Positions 7,747 through 9,658 of a DNA stretch of 9,658 nucleotides are shown here, one piece after another. The position numbers and the translations under genes were made by a program. The stretch's first letter is position 1. The number at the start of each line of letters is the position of its first letter. This DNA comes from Caedibacter taeniospiralis (lineage in GTDB: Bacteria; Pseudomonadota; Gammaproteobacteria; Francisellales; Francisellaceae). The notes under the pieces are model-generated. The model was given only the letters and a program-made list of their open reading frames with translations. It made no database searches and was not told where the DNA came from. Location of the stretch: assembly GCF_002803295.2 (NCBI RefSeq), contig NZ_PGGB02000018.1, positions 8,214 to 17,871 of the forward strand. The letters are read 5' to 3'.

Positions 7747-9171
7747 CTAAAAAATGCCTTTTAGTGAAGGTCGATTATGGTAGGTACTGTTTCGTTGAAT
7801 GTCACTTTTGGCTAACCGCTCACCACTCATAACAATGTATCGTAAACAATCCATTAAGTGATCATTGCCTTTTTTGACATGACCTTTCTCATCTCGGCTA
7901 TACATCCTGAATTCCTTCAATGTGTTGTTTAAGGTATTGAATATCTTGAGTTTGCCATTTTGGAAACGTTGCAGTACCTTCATAATACCTTCTTCTTTCG
8001 CATTATCCGCTTTGTATAAGTAACGCAAACCTGAATCGCGATACAATTGCGCTAAATCACCACCATCACGTTGTGATGACTGCTCTCCCGCTGGGTCATA
8101 AACACCGTTTATTTTATCGGCTCCCAGTTTTTTAAGCTCATAAACATGCTGTTGTGGCGTTCTTTCAGACACGTAATACTCGCCAGTCAGATACATCACA
8201 TCATTATCTCTATCAATCACAGCAAATAAAGCCGCAGTAGGATTTATCCAGCCAAAGTCTAAACCAAAAACACGTCCCCAGTGCTTAGGAATAACAAAAG
8301 GGTTAACTACAACAGCAACTTCAGAAACAGGATACACTAAGCCACTACCTAAGGATGGAATGCCATGCTTGCGTGCCTCTTTTTCATGTGGCTTTAAGGA
8401 TTTACTTAACGTTTCCTTCGCACTGTCTAACAAATGCGGATTATCGTCCCATGATGCCTGGATGTAAAAACGATTATTGACAATAGAACCTTCATCAACT
8501 TTGATAACTTCTTCGGTCATTTCACTCATTTCACTGACACCACTTCCATTGATGACTTCACGTTCAATCGTGGTTTCCTGAAACTCAAGAATCAAATCGG
8601 TTAATCCTAATAACGGTGTCATCGTTAACAAAACAATTCCTTCATTGTCTACTTCCGTAGACATCGTTCGCATCAGAGACTCAACGTAAATATCCCTTGG
8701 CGGTTCTTCATCCAAATGCACCAAATCCAACTTGGCTGCTTGGAATTTCTTCCGACCTTGTTCATATGACTTGAAGGTTAACTCAGAATAACCACCTGTT
8801 TTGTAGTCTATTTTGTAGCTGTGACGTAATCGATCAACCCCAATCACTAAGTCTTCTGCAATCATCTCCAAATAGGCTTTCTCTAAGACCTCTGCAGTCA
8901 GTGCCGTCGTCACACTCGCCGCCCATGCTTTAATCGGGCGAGTAAATCGTTTCCCTATCCACCATTGAGGATAATATCCCGTAAGGTGCATCACACTTTC
9001 AGCAACCCCACAATACGTCTTCCCCGTTCTATTGCCTGCTAAGAACAATCGCTCTTTGGCACTTGCTCCTGCTGCGTGAAACTGTCGCTGCTTTTTGTGT
9101 GGAGTATACAGCAAAAAATGCTTCTGAACATGGTTAAAAGCCGCATCAACTACGAAACTATCAATATTCAT
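7747..9171 (-). CDS. Terminase large subunit
   Basis: 474-aa ORF. Walker A FLAGNRTGKT, Walker B-like LDLVHLDEEP, coupling-motif-like GIVLLTMTPL, nuclease motif RVFGLDFGWINPTAAL and a late acidic motif in HLMDCLRYIVMSG. Immediately upstream of the portal gene. Confidence 0.9.
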   Translation of the reverse strand: MNIDSFVVDAAFNHVQKHFLLYTPHKKQRQFHAAGASAKERLFLAGNRTGKTYCGVAESVMHLTGYYPQWWIGKRFTRPIKAWAASVTTALTAEVLEKAYLEMIAEDLVIGVDRLRHSYKIDYKTGGYSELTFKSYEQGRKKFQAAKLDLVHLDEEPPRDIYVESLMRTMSTEVDNEGIVLLTMTPLLGLTDLILEFQETTIEREVINGSGVSEMSEMTEEVIKVDEGSIVNNRFYIQASWDDNPHLLDSAKETLSKSLKPHEKEARKHGIPSLGSGLVYPVSEVAVVVNPFVIPKHWGRVFGLDFGWINPTAALFAVIDRDNDVMYLTGEYYVSERTPQQHVYELKKLGADKINGVYDPAGEQSSQRDGGDLAQLYRDSGLRYLYKADNAKEEGIMKVLQRFQNGKLKIFNTLNNTLKEFRMYSRDEKGHVKKGNDHLMDCLRYIVMSGERLAKSDIQRNSTYHNRPSLKGIF

Positions 9172-9174
9172 TTT

Positions 9175-9540
9175 TCATGACTCAATAATTTTACGTATGG
9201 CTAAAGCTTTTTCATCTGTCAGTTGAATATCTGGAATATTTTTAACTTCCATTAATTTATCAGCAGAGCACAAAAAATATGATAGAAATACCCTAATAGC
9301 TGAAATATCTCCATTTTCACCTAATACCTGTAACTTTCTTAACTGAGCTAGAATTTCATCTTCACTGAATTTGCTTAAAATATTATGAGTAAAGGGTGCC
9401 TCGGGCCTCATGATAGATTTTGTATATCCATACACAAAATCGAATCGGCTATCCTCGGCGGTATAAATTTTGCCCGGGCCGTCCGCCTCAACGGTGCTTG
9501 TCCTCACAAATTCGCTACGCTCATTCCGAACAGACAACAC
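9175..9540 (-). CDS. Chimeric ORF: repeat-encoded N-terminus fused to a small-terminase-like C-terminal fragment
   Basis: 121-aa ORF starting at GTG (9538-9540) inside repeat copy B. Residues MLSVRNERSEFVRTST...RPEAP come from the repeat. The last 72 aa (FTHNILSKFSEDEILAQLRKLQVLGENGDISAIRVFLSYF...IIES) are non-repeat. Terminase small subunit is inferred mainly from position just upstream of TerL. Confidence 0.45.
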   Translation of the reverse strand: MLSVRNERSEFVRTSTVEADGPGKIYTAEDSRFDFVYGYTKSIMRPEAPFTHNILSKFSEDEILAQLRKLQVLGENGDISAIRVFLSYFLCSADKLMEVKNIPDIQLTDEKALAIRKIIES

Positions 9541-9658
9541 GTTTCCGATTCTACTCTACGCCTTGGGTAAAAGCTTTTTCACAGACTTCGCTCTGGCGCC
9601 TTCGGCACGTCGCTTGCTGATCAACAGCGCAAGGCTACCCGGGTCTACTCGCCCTCGC
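9393..9658 (-). repeat. Inverted repeat copy B (truncated by the window edge)
   Basis: Reverse complement matches 5809-6074 with one substitution. Identity starts abruptly at AGGGTGCC (9393) next to AT-rich phage-like DNA and continues to the last base of the window. Confidence 0.95.

Noticed and set aside
5809-9658. Composite transposon with the repeats as IS ends carrying cargo
   Set aside because: No transposase is visible, and the material between the repeats is the phage's own co-oriented TerL/portal block continuous with flanking portal and scaffold sequence, so independent insertions explain it better.
1-9658. CRISPR array, tRNA, rRNA or defence/retron-type system
   Set aside because: No spaced direct repeats, cloverleaf or rRNA-like segments, and no defence-associated motifs were seen in the long ORFs.

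Overview
This window is an AT-rich block of phage or prophage virion genes, all on the minus strand. In transcription order they are: a small-terminase-like 3' fragment, terminase large subunit (TerL), a P22-type portal, a scaffold-like protein, an N4-gp56/DUF4043-like major capsid protein, a small 115-aa protein, a 209-aa connector/adaptor-like protein, a 701-aa P22 gp10-like virion protein, and the start of another gene running off the left edge. The most unusual feature is a GC-richer (about 54%) repeat present twice in inverted orientation. Positions 5809-6074 match the reverse complement of 9393-9658 at 265 of 266 positions, with no indels. The left copy splits the portal gene. The orphan portal 3' end can be read at 5609-5773 and still ends in a TAATG overlap with the scaffold start. 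The right copy runs off the window and fuses a GTG-started, repeat-encoded N-terminus to the small-terminase-like fragment. The two copies bracket a 3318-bp TerL/portal cassette that could in principle invert. A second finding is a 47-aa plus-strand ORF (4511-4654) with a strong Shine-Dalgarno sequence. It lies in the only large gap of this otherwise minus-strand gene block and is absent from the supplied ORF track. I see no convincing defence system, CRISPR array, tRNA or rRNA.
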